Source: Candidatus Woesearchaeota archaeon
Lineage (GTDB): Archaea > Nanobdellota > Nanobdellia > SCGC-AAA011-G17 > PNOQ01
DNA length: 64,000 nt
Reading direction: 5' to 3'
Assembly: GCA_043812195.1 (NCBI GenBank)
Contig: JBDRML010000016.1
Location: 1 to 64,000 of the forward strand
Position numbers and translations under genes: made by a program. The notes under the pieces were generated by a model. The model saw nothing but the letters and a program-made list of their open reading frames with translations. It searched no databases and was not told where the DNA came from. Positions 10,888 through 21,766 of the stretch are shown here, piece by piece (the first letter of the stretch is position 1; each line of letters opens with the position of its first letter).

Positions 10888-10979
10888 CGCCGGAGACAGG
10901 ATTCGAACCTGCACGCCCTAAGGCACTAGTTCTCTCAATAAGTTCGAGACTAGTATGTCTACCGTTTCATCACTCCGGC
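10888..10979 (-). tRNA. tRNA-Ser(CGA) with 11-nt intron at canonical 37/38 (10932-10942)
   Basis: GCCGGAG/CTCCGGC acceptor, CTAGT/ACTAG anticodon stem, long variable arm, GGTTCGAATCC T-arm, G73; CTCG pairs with intron TGAG (relaxed BHB). Confidence 0.92.
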
Positions 10980-11033
10980 TTTATAAATAAAACACCAATA
11001 ACATTTATAAAGGTAACCAAGTTCCTAACCTAA

Positions 11034-13601
11034 ATGGAAGAAATCAAAAAAGAAGATGACACCAAAAAAGAAGATATCTCTTTAAATATAGATAAAGACA
11101 AAATAATTTACTATATAAAAAAGTATAATATATTCTTATTATTATTAATTCCAATTTTTCTAGCTATTTTTTACAGAGCATACACTTATGATTTACCAAT
11201 AACAGAAGACTTTGCACAAAATTCAGTATACCAAAGTATAGAATCTCAAATAAGATCTCAAATTATTCAACAAGCACCAGATATTGATCAAGAAACTCTA
11301 AATCAAATAGCAGCACAAAGAACAAATGAATATATACAACAAAACCAGCAACAACTCAAACAAAATATAGTACAAACAAGAGAATTTATAATAGGAAATT
11401 ATCAAGATGATTCAGGTCAAACATACTTATTAGCAATAGATCCATATCATTATTACAGACAAGCAAAGAATATTTTAGAACACGGTCATGTTGGAGATGA
11501 ATTAAGAGACGGAAAACCATTGGATAATCACATGATAGCACCAAATGGGAAAAAAATAAATCCAACTTTGCACCCTTATCTAATAGTGATTGTTCATAAA
11601 ATATCTTCAATTTTTGGAAATGATTCATTAATGTCTTCTTCATTTATCTTACCATTAATATTAATAGCACTCTCAACAATTCCCTGCTTCTTTATCATAA
11701 AAAGATTTGCAGGCAAGCTTGGTGCAACATTAGGAGCATCAATTTTAGCAATAGATACAACAATATTAGGAAGAACACCTGCAGGTTTTTCAGACACAGA
11801 TGCTTATAATGTATTTTTTCCATTAATGATTGTTTGGTTCTTATTTGAAAGTTTCAAAAATAAAAATCCAAAATATAAACTATTCTTTGCGTTTTTAGCA
11901 GGATTAACAACAGGATTATTCTCTTTTGCATGGAGTGTATGGTGGTTCTTCTTTGATATTATATTAGCAACAATAGGAATTTACATAGTATATTTAATAA
12001 TAAAATACAAAAAAACATTTTTCCAAAGAAAACTCACAAAAAGCGCACTTAAAACTTCAATACCATACATACTATCATCTTTTATATTTATTTTAATATT
12101 CACAAGTTTCAAAGCATTTATATCAGCATTCTCAGGTCCAATAGCATCATTATTCCTAAAACAAGCTGCACACGCAACACTTTGGCCAAATGTTTACACA
12201 ACAGTTGCAGAGTTAAATGAAATTCCATTCTCATCAATTATAAGTGTAATAGGTGGAAACCTTTTAGTTTTACTAGCCTTCTTAGGACCATTAATTCTTT
12301 TATTATCTAAAAAACATTTCAGTTCAAGATTAAAATATTCTTTATTAATAATAATTTGGCTTGTAATAACAATATACGGAAGCACAAAGGGAATGAGATT
12401 TATATTATTAGCCATCCCTGCATACTCAATAGGATTAGGAATTACAGCAGGAATAATCTACAATAAAGCAATAAGATTCTCACATAAATCACTTAAATTA
12501 AATAAAATATTCATAGCAATAGTTCTAATAGCATTGCTAATAATAGCATTTCAACCATTATTACCAAAAGCAGATAACCAAGCTAAAAATGAAGTACCAA
12601 GTTTTGATGATACCTGGTATACAGCTTTAAATAACATAAAACAAAATTCACAAGAAAATGCTATAATAACATCTTGGTGGGATTTTGGCCATTGGTTTAA
12701 AGCAATAGCTGATAGACCAGTAACATTTGATGGAGCGTCTCAAAATAGACCACAAGCACATTGGGTAGGAAAACTTCTTCTAACATCAAATGAAGAAGAA
12801 TCAATAGCAATTCTAAGAATGTTAGACTGTGGAGGAAATGATGCTTATGATTTATTATTAGAAGAAACAAATAACGCACTAATAACTAAAAACACAATAG
12901 ACACAATATTATTAGAAAGCAAAGAACAAGCCAGAAATACTTTATCTCAATACATAAATGATCCAGACAAAATATTAGAAAAAACACACTGTAATCCGCC
13001 AGAAGCTTTCTTAATAACCTCTGAAGATATGGTAAGTAAATCAGGGGTCTGGTCTCACTTTGGATCTTGGAGTTTTGAAAGATCAGCAGCCTATAATATA
13101 ATAAAATCAAATTCAAAACAAAACGCAGTTAATAAGCTTATTTCAGAATTAGATTATACAGAAGAAGAAGCAGGCAATATCTATAATCAATTAAAAGGAA
13201 TAGAAGAAAGTAATGCAAACTCATGGATAGCTGGATATCCTGGATACATGGACACTGGAACTTGTAGAATTGTAAATGAAACTATATTCTGTCAAAATGG
13301 AATAATAATTGAAAACCAAGAAATTGTAGTAAATACAAATGATGGTCCTATCCCAGTTGCAAAATATAGATACGATGATATAATTCATGAAGATGATGAA
13401 GGCATAACAGACTTTGCAGCAGCATACAACTCAGAAACAAATACTTTAATATTAATGCCACCTGTTTTATTAGAAAGCATATTCACCGAATTATTCTTTT
13501 TTGAAGGAAAATATCTACAAAATTATGAGTTATTTGATCATCAAATAGGTTTTAGTAATTTCGATATATATACTTGGAAAGTCAAATGGAACTCTCAATA
13601 G
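11034..13601 (+). CDS. aglB: Archaeal oligosaccharyltransferase AglB (STT3)
   Basis: DPYHY, GFSDTD, TVAE, WWDFG and DMVSK motifs; many TM helices. Confidence 0.95.
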   Translation: MEEIKKEDDTKKEDISLNIDKDKIIYYIKKYNIFLLLLIPIFLAIFYRAYTYDLPITEDFAQNSVYQSIESQIRSQIIQQAPDIDQETLNQIAAQRTNEYIQQNQQQLKQNIVQTREFIIGNYQDDSGQTYLLAIDPYHYYRQAKNILEHGHVGDELRDGKPLDNHMIAPNGKKINPTLHPYLIVIVHKISSIFGNDSLMSSSFILPLILIALSTIPCFFIIKRFAGKLGATLGASILAIDTTILGRTPAGFSDTDAYNVFFPLMIVWFLFESFKNKNPKYKLFFAFLAGLTTGLFSFAWSVWWFFFDIILATIGIYIVYLIIKYKKTFFQRKLTKSALKTSIPYILSSFIFILIFTSFKAFISAFSGPIASLFLKQAAHATLWPNVYTTVAELNEIPFSSIISVIGGNLLVLLAFLGPLILLLSKKHFSSRLKYSLLIIIWLVITIYGSTKGMRFILLAIPAYSIGLGITAGIIYNKAIRFSHKSLKLNKIFIAIVLIALLIIAFQPLLPKADNQAKNEVPSFDDTWYTALNNIKQNSQENAIITSWWDFGHWFKAIADRPVTFDGASQNRPQAHWVGKLLLTSNEEESIAILRMLDCGGNDAYDLLLEETNNALITKNTIDTILLESKEQARNTLSQYINDPDKILEKTHCNPPEAFLITSEDMVSKSGVWSHFGSWSFERSAAYNIIKSNSKQNAVNKLISELDYTEEEAGNIYNQLKGIEESNANSWIAGYPGYMDTGTCRIVNETIFCQNGIIIENQEIVVNTNDGPIPVAKYRYDDIIHEDDEGITDFAAAYNSETNTLILMPPVLLESIFTELFFFEGKYLQNYELFDHQIGFSNFDIYTWKVKWNSQ

Positions 13602-14512
13602 TTATACCCATATATAATGAAGAAAGAAATATTTCTATCTTATTCAAAGAACTAAAATCAATACTTGATCAATTAAAAAAATCATATGAAATAATATTTG
13701 TAAACGATGGAAGCAAAGACAGATCAGAAAAAATTCTAAATAATATTAAAGACCCAAAAGTTAGAGTAATTCATTTCAGAAAAAATTTTGGCCAAACATC
13801 AGCTCTGGAAGCAGGTTTCAAACATTCTAATGGAAAAATAATAATTTCAATGGATGGAGATTTACAAAACGATCCAAAAGATATTCCAAGACTTATAACA
13901 AAGTTAGAAGAGGGTTATGATGTAGTTTCTGGCTGGAGGTATAAAAGAAAAGACAGTTTCTCTAAAAAATTTATGTCAAAGGGAGCAGATAACTTAAGAA
14001 AATTACTATTCAAAGATAAAATACACGATTCTGGTTGTACTTTAAAAGCATATAAAAAAGAAACTCTAAAAGATCTTAAGTTATACGGTGAAATGCATAG
14101 ATTTATTCCTGCTTTATTAACCATGAAGGGCTATAAAATAACAGAAATAAAAGTAAGACATAGAAAAAGGATATATGAAAAATCTAAATACGGATTCAAA
14201 AGAACAATGAAAGGATTCCTAGATATGCTGCTAATTAAATTCTGGATGGATTTTTCAACAAGACCAATACATCTTTTAGGAGGATTAGGACTAATTAGTA
14301 TGTTTCTAGGATTCTTAATTGCAATTTATTTAGTAATAATAAAAATATTCTTAAATCAGCCAATAGGAGATAGACCACTATTATTATTCTCTGTATTATT
14401 TATTATTTTAGGAGCACTATTTTTGGTATTTGGTGTTTTGGCCGATATATTAATAAAGATATACTATCAAAACGAAAATTATTATTCAATAAAAAATGAG
14501 AGAAAGAATTAA
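13586..14512 (+). CDS. GT2 polyprenol-phosphate glycosyltransferase (GtrB/ArnC-like)
   Basis: SIVIPIYNEE, VNDGSKD, NFGQ, MDGDLQNDP, two C-terminal TMs. Confidence 0.88.
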   Translation: MELSIVIPIYNEERNISILFKELKSILDQLKKSYEIIFVNDGSKDRSEKILNNIKDPKVRVIHFRKNFGQTSALEAGFKHSNGKIIISMDGDLQNDPKDIPRLITKLEEGYDVVSGWRYKRKDSFSKKFMSKGADNLRKLLFKDKIHDSGCTLKAYKKETLKDLKLYGEMHRFIPALLTMKGYKITEIKVRHRKRIYEKSKYGFKRTMKGFLDMLLIKFWMDFSTRPIHLLGGLGLISMFLGFLIAIYLVIIKIFLNQPIGDRPLLLFSVLFIILGALFLVFGVLADILIKIYYQNENYYSIKNERKN

Positions 14513-14708
14513 TAATGCAATTAGAAACAATAGAAGTTTTGTAACCTACACTTGGGTAGGTATATTTATGATGATTCTTCAAATTATTTCACTTTATTTG
14601 TTCATAGATTTATTAAAAATTCCAACAATAATAAGCAGCATAGTAATTGTTGGAGGAATATTTATTTTCAAATTTATAATATATAAATGGACAGGTTTCA
14701 CACGATGA
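14496..14708 (+). CDS. Small GtrA-like membrane protein
   Basis: 70 aa, two TMs, overlaps both neighbours in the operon. Confidence 0.5.
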   Translation: MRERINNAIRNNRSFVTYTWVGIFMMILQIISLYLFIDLLKIPTIISSIVIVGGIFIFKFIIYKWTGFTR

Positions 14709-15316
14709 GTTTTATAAACTTTCTAAAAAAACTACCAATAGATTTAGGCCAAGGAAATATCAACAAAGGGCTTAGATCTAAAACCCATGGGAAAGTTATA
14801 GCAGAATCATTAGTTCCAAACGAACAAGGGAAAAAAGCTTTAGATATTGGTTGCAGAGAAGGTATTCAATCTAAATGGTTAGAATCAAAAGGTTATGAAG
14901 TAACTTCTATAGATATAGAAAAAGTTTATGATAAATGTATAATAGCAGATGCAAACAAAAAACTTCCATTCAAAGACAACACATTTGATTTAATCTGGAA
15001 TAGTGAATTAATTGAACATTTAGAAAAACCAGAATTCACAATAAACGAATTTAAAAGAGTTCTAAAACCAAATGGTAAAATAATAACTACAACACCAAAT
15101 TCTAATTTCTGGTTATACAAATTAGCCAAACTATTTGGAAAATCAGCAAAAGACTTACAAAATCCAGGACACAAACATTTCTTCTCAGAAAAGGATATAA
15201 AAGAATTATTCCCAAATGATCAAATATATGGTTATTTTCCATACATAATTAAAAAATTTACTATTAAAAAAAATATTGGGCATTTATCTCCGACTTTCGT
15301 TATTCTATCATCTTAG
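14705..15316 (+). CDS. Class I SAM-dependent methyltransferase
   Basis: LDIGCREG, LPFKDNTFD, ELIEHL, RVLKPNG, TTPN. Confidence 0.85.
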   Translation: MSFINFLKKLPIDLGQGNINKGLRSKTHGKVIAESLVPNEQGKKALDIGCREGIQSKWLESKGYEVTSIDIEKVYDKCIIADANKKLPFKDNTFDLIWNSELIEHLEKPEFTINEFKRVLKPNGKIITTTPNSNFWLYKLAKLFGKSAKDLQNPGHKHFFSEKDIKELFPNDQIYGYFPYIIKKFTIKKNIGHLSPTFVILSS

Positions 15317-15330
15317 TCAATCATAAGAAT

Positions 15331-15750
15331 TCATAAATGCATATCTACAATTTTTGTTTCTTTTCCAGAAAGCACATTATATTCTTCTGATATTTCTTCA
15401 GCTAATTCAAAAAAATCTTTTTTATAAACTCTTAATTCTAAAGGAAGATAACTTGCTTCATCAGAAACAGGTCCAGAAAAATCTGCAACAACTTCTGTGT
15501 GCTTTGGTTTATCACCCCCGATATAATAAAACCATTCTGAAATCCTTTTTCTTATCCCTATATCTATTTTCCTTTCAATATTCCAAGGTCCAGAAAAATT
15601 CCTAACAGTCACCATACTCCCACAACAATTATACGGAAAAGTTAAAAAATATTCATCACTAAGAATTGTTTCTAACAGTTCTTCAACTTTACTTTCTTTT
15701 TCTTCAATTAAGGAATCTTTTCCTCTAACAGTTTTTTCCATTTTATTCAA
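15331..15750 (-). CDS. Hypothetical protein
   Basis: 139-aa ORF with natural composition, no motif recognised. Confidence 0.55.
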   Translation of the reverse strand: MNKMEKTVRGKDSLIEEKESKVEELLETILSDEYFLTFPYNCCGSMVTVRNFSGPWNIERKIDIGIRKRISEWFYYIGGDKPKHTEVVADFSGPVSDEASYLPLELRVYKKDFFELAEEISEEYNVLSGKETKIVDMHL

Positions 15751-15765
15751 GAAGCACCCAAAAAC

Positions 15766-16512
15766 TTATAAATCTTTCTTTTCAGCAACTAAACAATGAT
15801 TCACAAAAGAACCTTTAGTAAATTTTCTTTTATCTAATTCATTTATCTTATTATAAAATCTATAAAGCTTAGAATTTTCAATTCCTTCTTTAACTTTAAA
15901 TTCTCCTTGTTTTTTAAGTCCTATTTTTTTTAATAATGGTGAAACAACATAAGTAGATAAATAAGGCAGATAATTAACAAATAAAGCAACCAAGAATCTT
16001 GATCTCCCCTCATAATGATTTATCTTTAAACCATTCTCCTCCATAAGTTTTCTTAAATCATCTTCTTTAAACAATCTTTTATGTCCCCATGCCCAAAGAC
16101 CAATTGGAATTCTTTTACCAAACTTATTCAAAATCCAATTAATAGGATCATAAACAAAAGGAAATTTCTTATTTGGAACAGTCAATATTAGTTTCCCTTT
16201 CATCTTCAACACCCTCTTAATCTCTTTAATTGCATCATCAAGATTTTCAACATGCTCTAAAACATCAGTACACACTACATAATCAAAACTCTCATTAGAA
16301 AAAGGCATTTTCTCAGCAGATGCATATATTACGTTTTCAGAAATCAAACTTTCATTAGGTTCTATACCAATATATTTCAACCCCTTTTTCTTATAAATAT
16401 GAAAATAATGCCCTGCCCCACACCCAACATCTAACAAATATCCTTCACTACCTAAATTTTCATCTACAAAATCCAATTTATTTCTATAAACTGGGCTAAT
16501 TCTTTTATCCAT
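15766..16512 (-). CDS. Class I SAM-dependent methyltransferase
   Basis: LDVGCGAG, MPFSNESFD, DVLEHV, RVLK. Confidence 0.88.
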   Translation of the reverse strand: MDKRISPVYRNKLDFVDENLGSEGYLLDVGCGAGHYFHIYKKKGLKYIGIEPNESLISENVIYASAEKMPFSNESFDYVVCTDVLEHVENLDDAIKEIKRVLKMKGKLILTVPNKKFPFVYDPINWILNKFGKRIPIGLWAWGHKRLFKEDDLRKLMEENGLKINHYEGRSRFLVALFVNYLPYLSTYVVSPLLKKIGLKKQGEFKVKEGIENSKLYRFYNKINELDKRKFTKGSFVNHCLVAEKKDL

Positions 16513-16593
16513 ATTAAAAGAAAATCAAACTATTTTTATAAATCATTCTATTTAAACAAAAGTTATATAAAAACCTTCAAAATCCTTTAATAA

Positions 16594-16995
16594 ATGATCA
16601 GATTATTAGTCACGTCCGCAATTATAAAAAAAGACAATAAAATATTATTAGTTAAAAGAGCTAAAAATCCATATAAAGGGTATTGGAGCTTTCCTGGAGG
16701 AACAGGGGCTTTTAAAGTATTACACGATCCAAAAGATGCAGTATCAGCAGAAGTAAAGGGAGACTTACAATGCCCCTTCAAGGGAGATTTTTTTACATAT
16801 AGTTATAATTTTTTTGAACATCCAACAATAACTATGTTTTTTATTGGAACAATTGCAGGAGAACCTAAAATAGACAAAACATACAGTCTTGATTATAAAT
16901 GGATAACTCCTGAAGAAGCATTAAAAATAGACTTAGCATTTGATCATGTATCAATACTAAAAAAATACATCAAACAATCAAACATTAATATATGA
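16594..16995 (+). CDS. NUDIX-fold hydrolase with degenerate Nudix box
   Basis: ILLVKR..PYKGYWSFPGG, LAFDH; REUXEE replaced by AEVKGD. Confidence 0.7.
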   Translation: MIRLLVTSAIIKKDNKILLVKRAKNPYKGYWSFPGGTGAFKVLHDPKDAVSAEVKGDLQCPFKGDFFTYSYNFFEHPTITMFFIGTIAGEPKIDKTYSLDYKWITPEEALKIDLAFDHVSILKKYIKQSNINI

Positions 16996-18633
16996 TATTC
17001 TCTGAACACCAAATGAATATTCGTAATCTCTAGTTTTCATTTCTTTATTTTGAACTATATTATTAATATTATTCAAATCAAAACTTCCGCCCTTTTCTAA
17101 TAAGAAATAAATTGGTTGTACTTGTTCGCCATTCTGCATAAATGCTATCTGTTTTAAAGAATAGGTTTCACTAATATATTCCCACAACTCTTCTTTTTCA
17201 AATAAATCCATACCCCATTGATAAACAAACACCCACCTTACATTGTCTTCATCTTCTATTTTCTTAAAAGTATCCAAATCCTTACTCCACCCCTTTCCAT
17301 AACCCATTCTATCAGCATGCCATAAAATACCATAAGATTGATGACTTGGAAATACTAATCTTTCATCTTCAGCAGAATGCTCTTTTATATATTCTCCAGC
17401 AATATCTAATCCCACAAATTGTGTATTAAACATCCTATCTTTAGCTTCCATAGCAGGAAAATATAAAATAATTAAAAATATCAAAATTACAATAATTCTA
17501 GTATATTTTATCTTAACAAATTTCTCAATATTCACCCCCACAAATACAAACAAATAAGCAATTAAAAGTAACATTAAAGGAGCAATAGGATACTGATGAT
17601 AAACATGTCCTTTCAAATAACCAGAAGCTACAATTATCCATACTGGACTAGAATAAATCATAGCTCTTAAAAAAACATGAGTTTTTCTTCTTCTTAAAAA
17701 AAGCAAAACAATAATCAAACCACAAATCATAAAATAAAATCCTAAATGAGTAATACTATCATTAATAAAAAGCCAAACCATATCCCACCAACCTTCTTTA
17801 AACATAGCGCCAAAATCCAAAGCATCAGCAAATAATTGTCCTTTCAATCTTTCAGAAACAATTTTAGTATAAATTAACCATAAAGGAATAGTTAGTAAAA
17901 TCAAAAAGCTCCAAAAAACACTTTTTTTATTTTCTTTAATAAATGTTTTCTTAAATACTTTTTTGTATGGGAATGTTAACAAAATTGGTAAAAATATAAA
18001 AAAGAAATCATATTTAGTTAAAAAAGTCAAAGCTAAGAATACACTAACTAAAATACTATTCTTAAAATTAATATTTTTTCTCCATTTTAAATAAAAATAA
18101 CCAGCTCCAACCATGAAAAATAAAGCAGGATTAACTAATTGCATCTGTCTTCCAAAAAAGATAAATAATGGTAAAATAGCAGCTAAAGCAGCAACAGTAA
18201 AAGCCATATCTTCTCTTTTAGTTAATTCTTTTGTAAATAAATATAACATTAAAATAGCACCCAACATAAATAAGATATTAACAACTCTAGCAATAGCTAA
18301 AGACTCACCAAATATCATATATAAAAACCCAACTATAACAGAAATCATAGGAAACGAATCAGCATGCGCACCACTAGGATCATCTCCAACTATTGGATAA
18401 TTCCAAGCTGGTATAAAAAATCCATTAGCAAAAAATCCATCATCAGCAAAATTTCTAGCCTCAGTTAAATAATGTGTTTCTTTCCAGTTATGATATCCAA
18501 CCACAGGGTAATCAACATGATAAATTCTCAAATAAAAAGCAAACACTAAAATTATCAATAATAAAATCCATTTCCAATTTCTCTTTAAAAATGGAAAAAT
18601 CTCTATATCTACATCTTTTTTTTCTTCAGACAT
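16978..18633 (-). CDS. GT-C fold (ArnT/PMT-like, GT39/83) membrane glycosyltransferase
   Basis: Multi-TM; FYLR..WKETHY..ARN N-terminal loop; soluble C-terminal domain. Confidence 0.75.
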   Translation of the reverse strand: MSEEKKDVDIEIFPFLKRNWKWILLLIILVFAFYLRIYHVDYPVVGYHNWKETHYLTEARNFADDGFFANGFFIPAWNYPIVGDDPSGAHADSFPMISVIVGFLYMIFGESLAIARVVNILFMLGAILMLYLFTKELTKREDMAFTVAALAAILPLFIFFGRQMQLVNPALFFMVGAGYFYLKWRKNINFKNSILVSVFLALTFLTKYDFFFIFLPILLTFPYKKVFKKTFIKENKKSVFWSFLILLTIPLWLIYTKIVSERLKGQLFADALDFGAMFKEGWWDMVWLFINDSITHLGFYFMICGLIIVLLFLRRRKTHVFLRAMIYSSPVWIIVASGYLKGHVYHQYPIAPLMLLLIAYLFVFVGVNIEKFVKIKYTRIIVILIFLIILYFPAMEAKDRMFNTQFVGLDIAGEYIKEHSAEDERLVFPSHQSYGILWHADRMGYGKGWSKDLDTFKKIEDEDNVRWVFVYQWGMDLFEKEELWEYISETYSLKQIAFMQNGEQVQPIYFLLEKGGSFDLNNINNIVQNKEMKTRDYEYSFGVQRISYINV

Positions 18634-18721
18634 AAGAAATCAATATTCAAAGAACATATATAAAAGTTGTCAAAAATAAGATGCTTTAATAATCTATATA
18701 AACAATACATTAACCTCAAAA

Positions 18722-19399
18722 ATGATGGACCCTTTAATCATAATTCCAGCATTTAATGAAGAAAAAGCCATAGCTGATGTAATCAAAGATTTAAAATCTC
18801 ATGATTATCACAATATCCTAGTAATAGATGATGGAAGTAAAGATAGAACAGCAGAAATAGCAAAAGAAAACGGCGCAAAAGTAATAAAACATATAATAAA
18901 TAGAGGTCAAGGAGCAGCATTACAAACAGGTCATGAATACGCCTTAAAAAATGGAGCTGAAACCATAGTACATTTTGACGCAGATGGACAGTTCATAGCA
19001 AAAGACATAGAAAGCATGCTATCAGCAATAAATAATGGATATGAAATTGTACTTGGTTCTAGATTCTTAGATAAAAAACCAATAAATATACCATTAGAGA
19101 AAAAAATTATACTAAAAGCTGGCAGGTTATTTACAAAAATATTCTCAAACATCTCACTATCAGACACCCATAATGGTTTCAGAGCAATAAAAAGAGAAGC
19201 ACTAACAAAAATAAAGATAACCCAAGATGGTATGGCGCATGCATCAGAAATTATAGATTTAATAAAGAAAAATAATTTAAAGTATAAGGAAGTTCCTGTT
19301 ACAGTAATATATTCAGAATACGCACTCTCAAAAGGACAAAGTATTTTTAATAGTTTAAGAATAGCATTTAAGCTATTAATAAGGAAACTAACAAAATGA
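18722..19399 (+). CDS. GT2 (DPM1-like) glycosyltransferase
   Basis: IIPAFNEE, IDDGSKD, NRGQGAA, FDADGQ, DTHNGFR. Confidence 0.9.
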   Translation: MMDPLIIIPAFNEEKAIADVIKDLKSHDYHNILVIDDGSKDRTAEIAKENGAKVIKHIINRGQGAALQTGHEYALKNGAETIVHFDADGQFIAKDIESMLSAINNGYEIVLGSRFLDKKPINIPLEKKIILKAGRLFTKIFSNISLSDTHNGFRAIKREALTKIKITQDGMAHASEIIDLIKKNNLKYKEVPVTVIYSEYALSKGQSIFNSLRIAFKLLIRKLTK

Positions 19400-19719
19400 T
19401 AGAAGCAATAAGTATAATAATAATTTTATTTGCACTTTTTGCACTTAGTAGAGCTTATTTAAGATTCAAAGAAAGAAAAATATCTAATTGGAGTTTTGCT
19501 CTATGGTTTATAATATGGATAGCAGTAATAACTGTTGTTTTAATTCCTGAAACAACAAGCCAGATATCAAAATTCTTTGGCATAGAAAGAGGAGTTGACC
19601 TCTTAGTTTATGCTTCAATAATAATAATTTTTTATTTAATCTTCAGGCTTTACATAAAAATAGATCAGACAGAGCAAAACCTTACAAAAGTAGTGAGAAA
19701 GGTTAGCAAAGAAGAGTAA
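19396..19719 (+). CDS. DUF2304-like membrane protein
   Basis: Three TMs, GIERGVDLLVY motif, typical partner of a GT2 gene. Confidence 0.75.
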   Translation: MIEAISIIIILFALFALSRAYLRFKERKISNWSFALWFIIWIAVITVVLIPETTSQISKFFGIERGVDLLVYASIIIIFYLIFRLYIKIDQTEQNLTKVVRKVSKEE

Positions 19720-19722
19720 AAC

Positions 19723-20475
19723 TTATTTTTTATTCTTAAATCTATTAAACATTTCTAGCATCTCCTCTGGAAATGGAAATACAATTGTAGAATTCTTCTC
19801 AGCAGCTATATCTGATAAAGTTTGATATAATCTTAATTTAAGAGCAGCAGGCGACTTATCAATAATCCTACCTGCATCTAATAATCTTTGTGCAGCTTGT
19901 TTTTCAGCTTCAGCAAGAATGATTCTAGCTCTCCTATCTCTTTCAGCTTCTGCCTGATGAGCCATAGCTCTTTTCATATTTTCTGGTAATTCTATATCTT
20001 TTATTTTAACATCTGTAACTTTTAATCCCCAGGGATCTGTTTCCTTATCTACAACAATTCTAATTTTTTCACCAATTTCTTCTCTCTTAATCAAAATAGT
20101 ATCTAATTCTGCTTTTCCACACATATCTCTTAAAGCAGATTGCGCTAATTGAGATATAGCATATCCATATTGTTCAACCTCTAAAACCGCTTTTTCAGCA
20201 GCAGTCACTTTAAAGAATACAACTCCATTCACTTTAATAGGTACATTATCCTGAGTCATAACTTCTTGAGAAGGAATGTCTATTGCAATAACCCTAATAT
20301 CAACTCTTTGGATTCTTTCTACTATGGGTATTATCCATCTAAAGCCTGGCTGTAAAACTCCAACAAATTTACCAAATCTAAATCTAACACCCCTATCATA
20401 TTGATTTATTATTCTTATTCCTGAAAAAAAGATAACTACAGCCAAAGCAATTAAAAACCATGTTAAAGGAGTCAT
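19723..20475 (-). CDS. SPFH/stomatin (slipin) family protein
   Basis: PSQEVMTQDNV, AQSALR, RAMAHQAEAERDRRA, ALKLRLYQTL. Confidence 0.92.
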   Translation of the reverse strand: MTPLTWFLIALAVVIFFSGIRIINQYDRGVRFRFGKFVGVLQPGFRWIIPIVERIQRVDIRVIAIDIPSQEVMTQDNVPIKVNGVVFFKVTAAEKAVLEVEQYGYAISQLAQSALRDMCGKAELDTILIKREEIGEKIRIVVDKETDPWGLKVTDVKIKDIELPENMKRAMAHQAEAERDRRARIILAEAEKQAAQRLLDAGRIIDKSPAALKLRLYQTLSDIAAEKNSTIVFPFPEEMLEMFNRFKNKK

Positions 20476-20568
20476 AATTTTAAATATTACTAAAAGCTTA
20501 TAAATCTTTTTAAAACACCATAACTTCCTTTCATATTTCTTATAAAACCCATATTATTATCTTCATCT

Positions 20569-21711
20569 ATGAACATTCTCTACTTCACAGAATACTTCCC
20601 AGAATCAGAAAATGCAGAATTAACAGGAGGAGTAGAATCAAGAACCTATCACTTAGCAAAAGAACTAGCAAAAAAAAACAATATAACAATAATCACAACC
20701 ACACAACACAATCCAAGAATTCAAAATTTTCAAAATATGCTAATCATCAGATGCAAAAAATTGCCATATACACATACAGGCTACAAAAAAGAAAGACTAC
20801 AAACAGCAATAAAAATGTACAAAACTGGAGAAAGATTCATAAAAAGAAATAAAATAGACATAATAGATTCACACAATTTCTTCACATATTACCCAGCATC
20901 AAAACTAGCACAAAAATACAAAATAAAACACTTTGTAAATTACCATGAAACATGGATAAATAATTGGGTTAAAAACACAGGATCAAAAGCAGGAATTATA
21001 GGAGAAATAGCAGAAAGATTCATTCTAAACAACCTCAAGAAAAACAACACTAGATTCATTGCAGTATCAAACTTCACAAAAAACAAACTAATTCAAAATA
21101 ATATTAAAAACAAAATATCAGTAGTCTACAATGGAATCAATTTAGACAAATACAAAATAAAAGTAAAAAAAGAAAAACAACCTACAATAGTTTCAATGAG
21201 CAGATTAACACCATTAAAAAGAACTAAAGATATAATTAAAGCATTAAAAATCATAAAACAAGAGATTCCAAATATAAAACTAAAAATAATAGGAGATGGA
21301 GAAGAAAAAAACAATTTAATAAAATTAACAAAACAATTACAATTAGAAAATAATGTAGAATTCTTAGGATTCATAAAAAAACATGATGATGTGTTAAAAA
21401 TACTAAAAAGTTCACATATTTTCTGCTTACCATCTGTTTTAGAAGGATTTGGAATAGCAACAGCAGAAGCAATGGCATCAGAAGTTCCTTATGTATCATC
21501 AAATATTCCTCCAACAAGAGAAATCACACAAAACGGAAAAGCAGGATTATTATACAAACCAACAGATCATAATGAATTAGCAATAAACGTAATCAAACTA
21601 TTAAAAGATAAAAGTTTATACAAAAAAAAGCAAGAAGAAGGAAAAAAACTAGCAAAAAACTATGATTGGAGTAAATTAGCAAAACAACTAGAAAAGGAAT
21701 ATTTTTATTAA
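20569..21711 (+). CDS. GT4 glycosyltransferase
   Basis: GGVE N-terminal motif; LPSVLEGFGIATAEAMA. Confidence 0.9.
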   Translation: MNILYFTEYFPESENAELTGGVESRTYHLAKELAKKNNITIITTTQHNPRIQNFQNMLIIRCKKLPYTHTGYKKERLQTAIKMYKTGERFIKRNKIDIIDSHNFFTYYPASKLAQKYKIKHFVNYHETWINNWVKNTGSKAGIIGEIAERFILNNLKKNNTRFIAVSNFTKNKLIQNNIKNKISVVYNGINLDKYKIKVKKEKQPTIVSMSRLTPLKRTKDIIKALKIIKQEIPNIKLKIIGDGEEKNNLIKLTKQLQLENNVEFLGFIKKHDDVLKILKSSHIFCLPSVLEGFGIATAEAMASEVPYVSSNIPPTREITQNGKAGLLYKPTDHNELAINVIKLLKDKSLYKKKQEEGKKLAKNYDWSKLAKQLEKEYFY

Positions 21712-21725
21712 AAACAAAAAGTTTA

Positions 21726-21756
21726 TATAGTTTAACTGTTTAACAATTTAACTATA
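21726..21756. promoter_or_regulatory. Putative antitoxin operator overlapping the TATA box of the vapBC-like operon
   Basis: 31-bp imperfect palindrome TATAGTTTAACTGTTTAACAATTTAACTATA, overlapping TTTATATA at 21722-21729 and just before the GGAGG SD. Confidence 0.6.
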
Positions 21757-21766
21757 GGAGGTAAAA

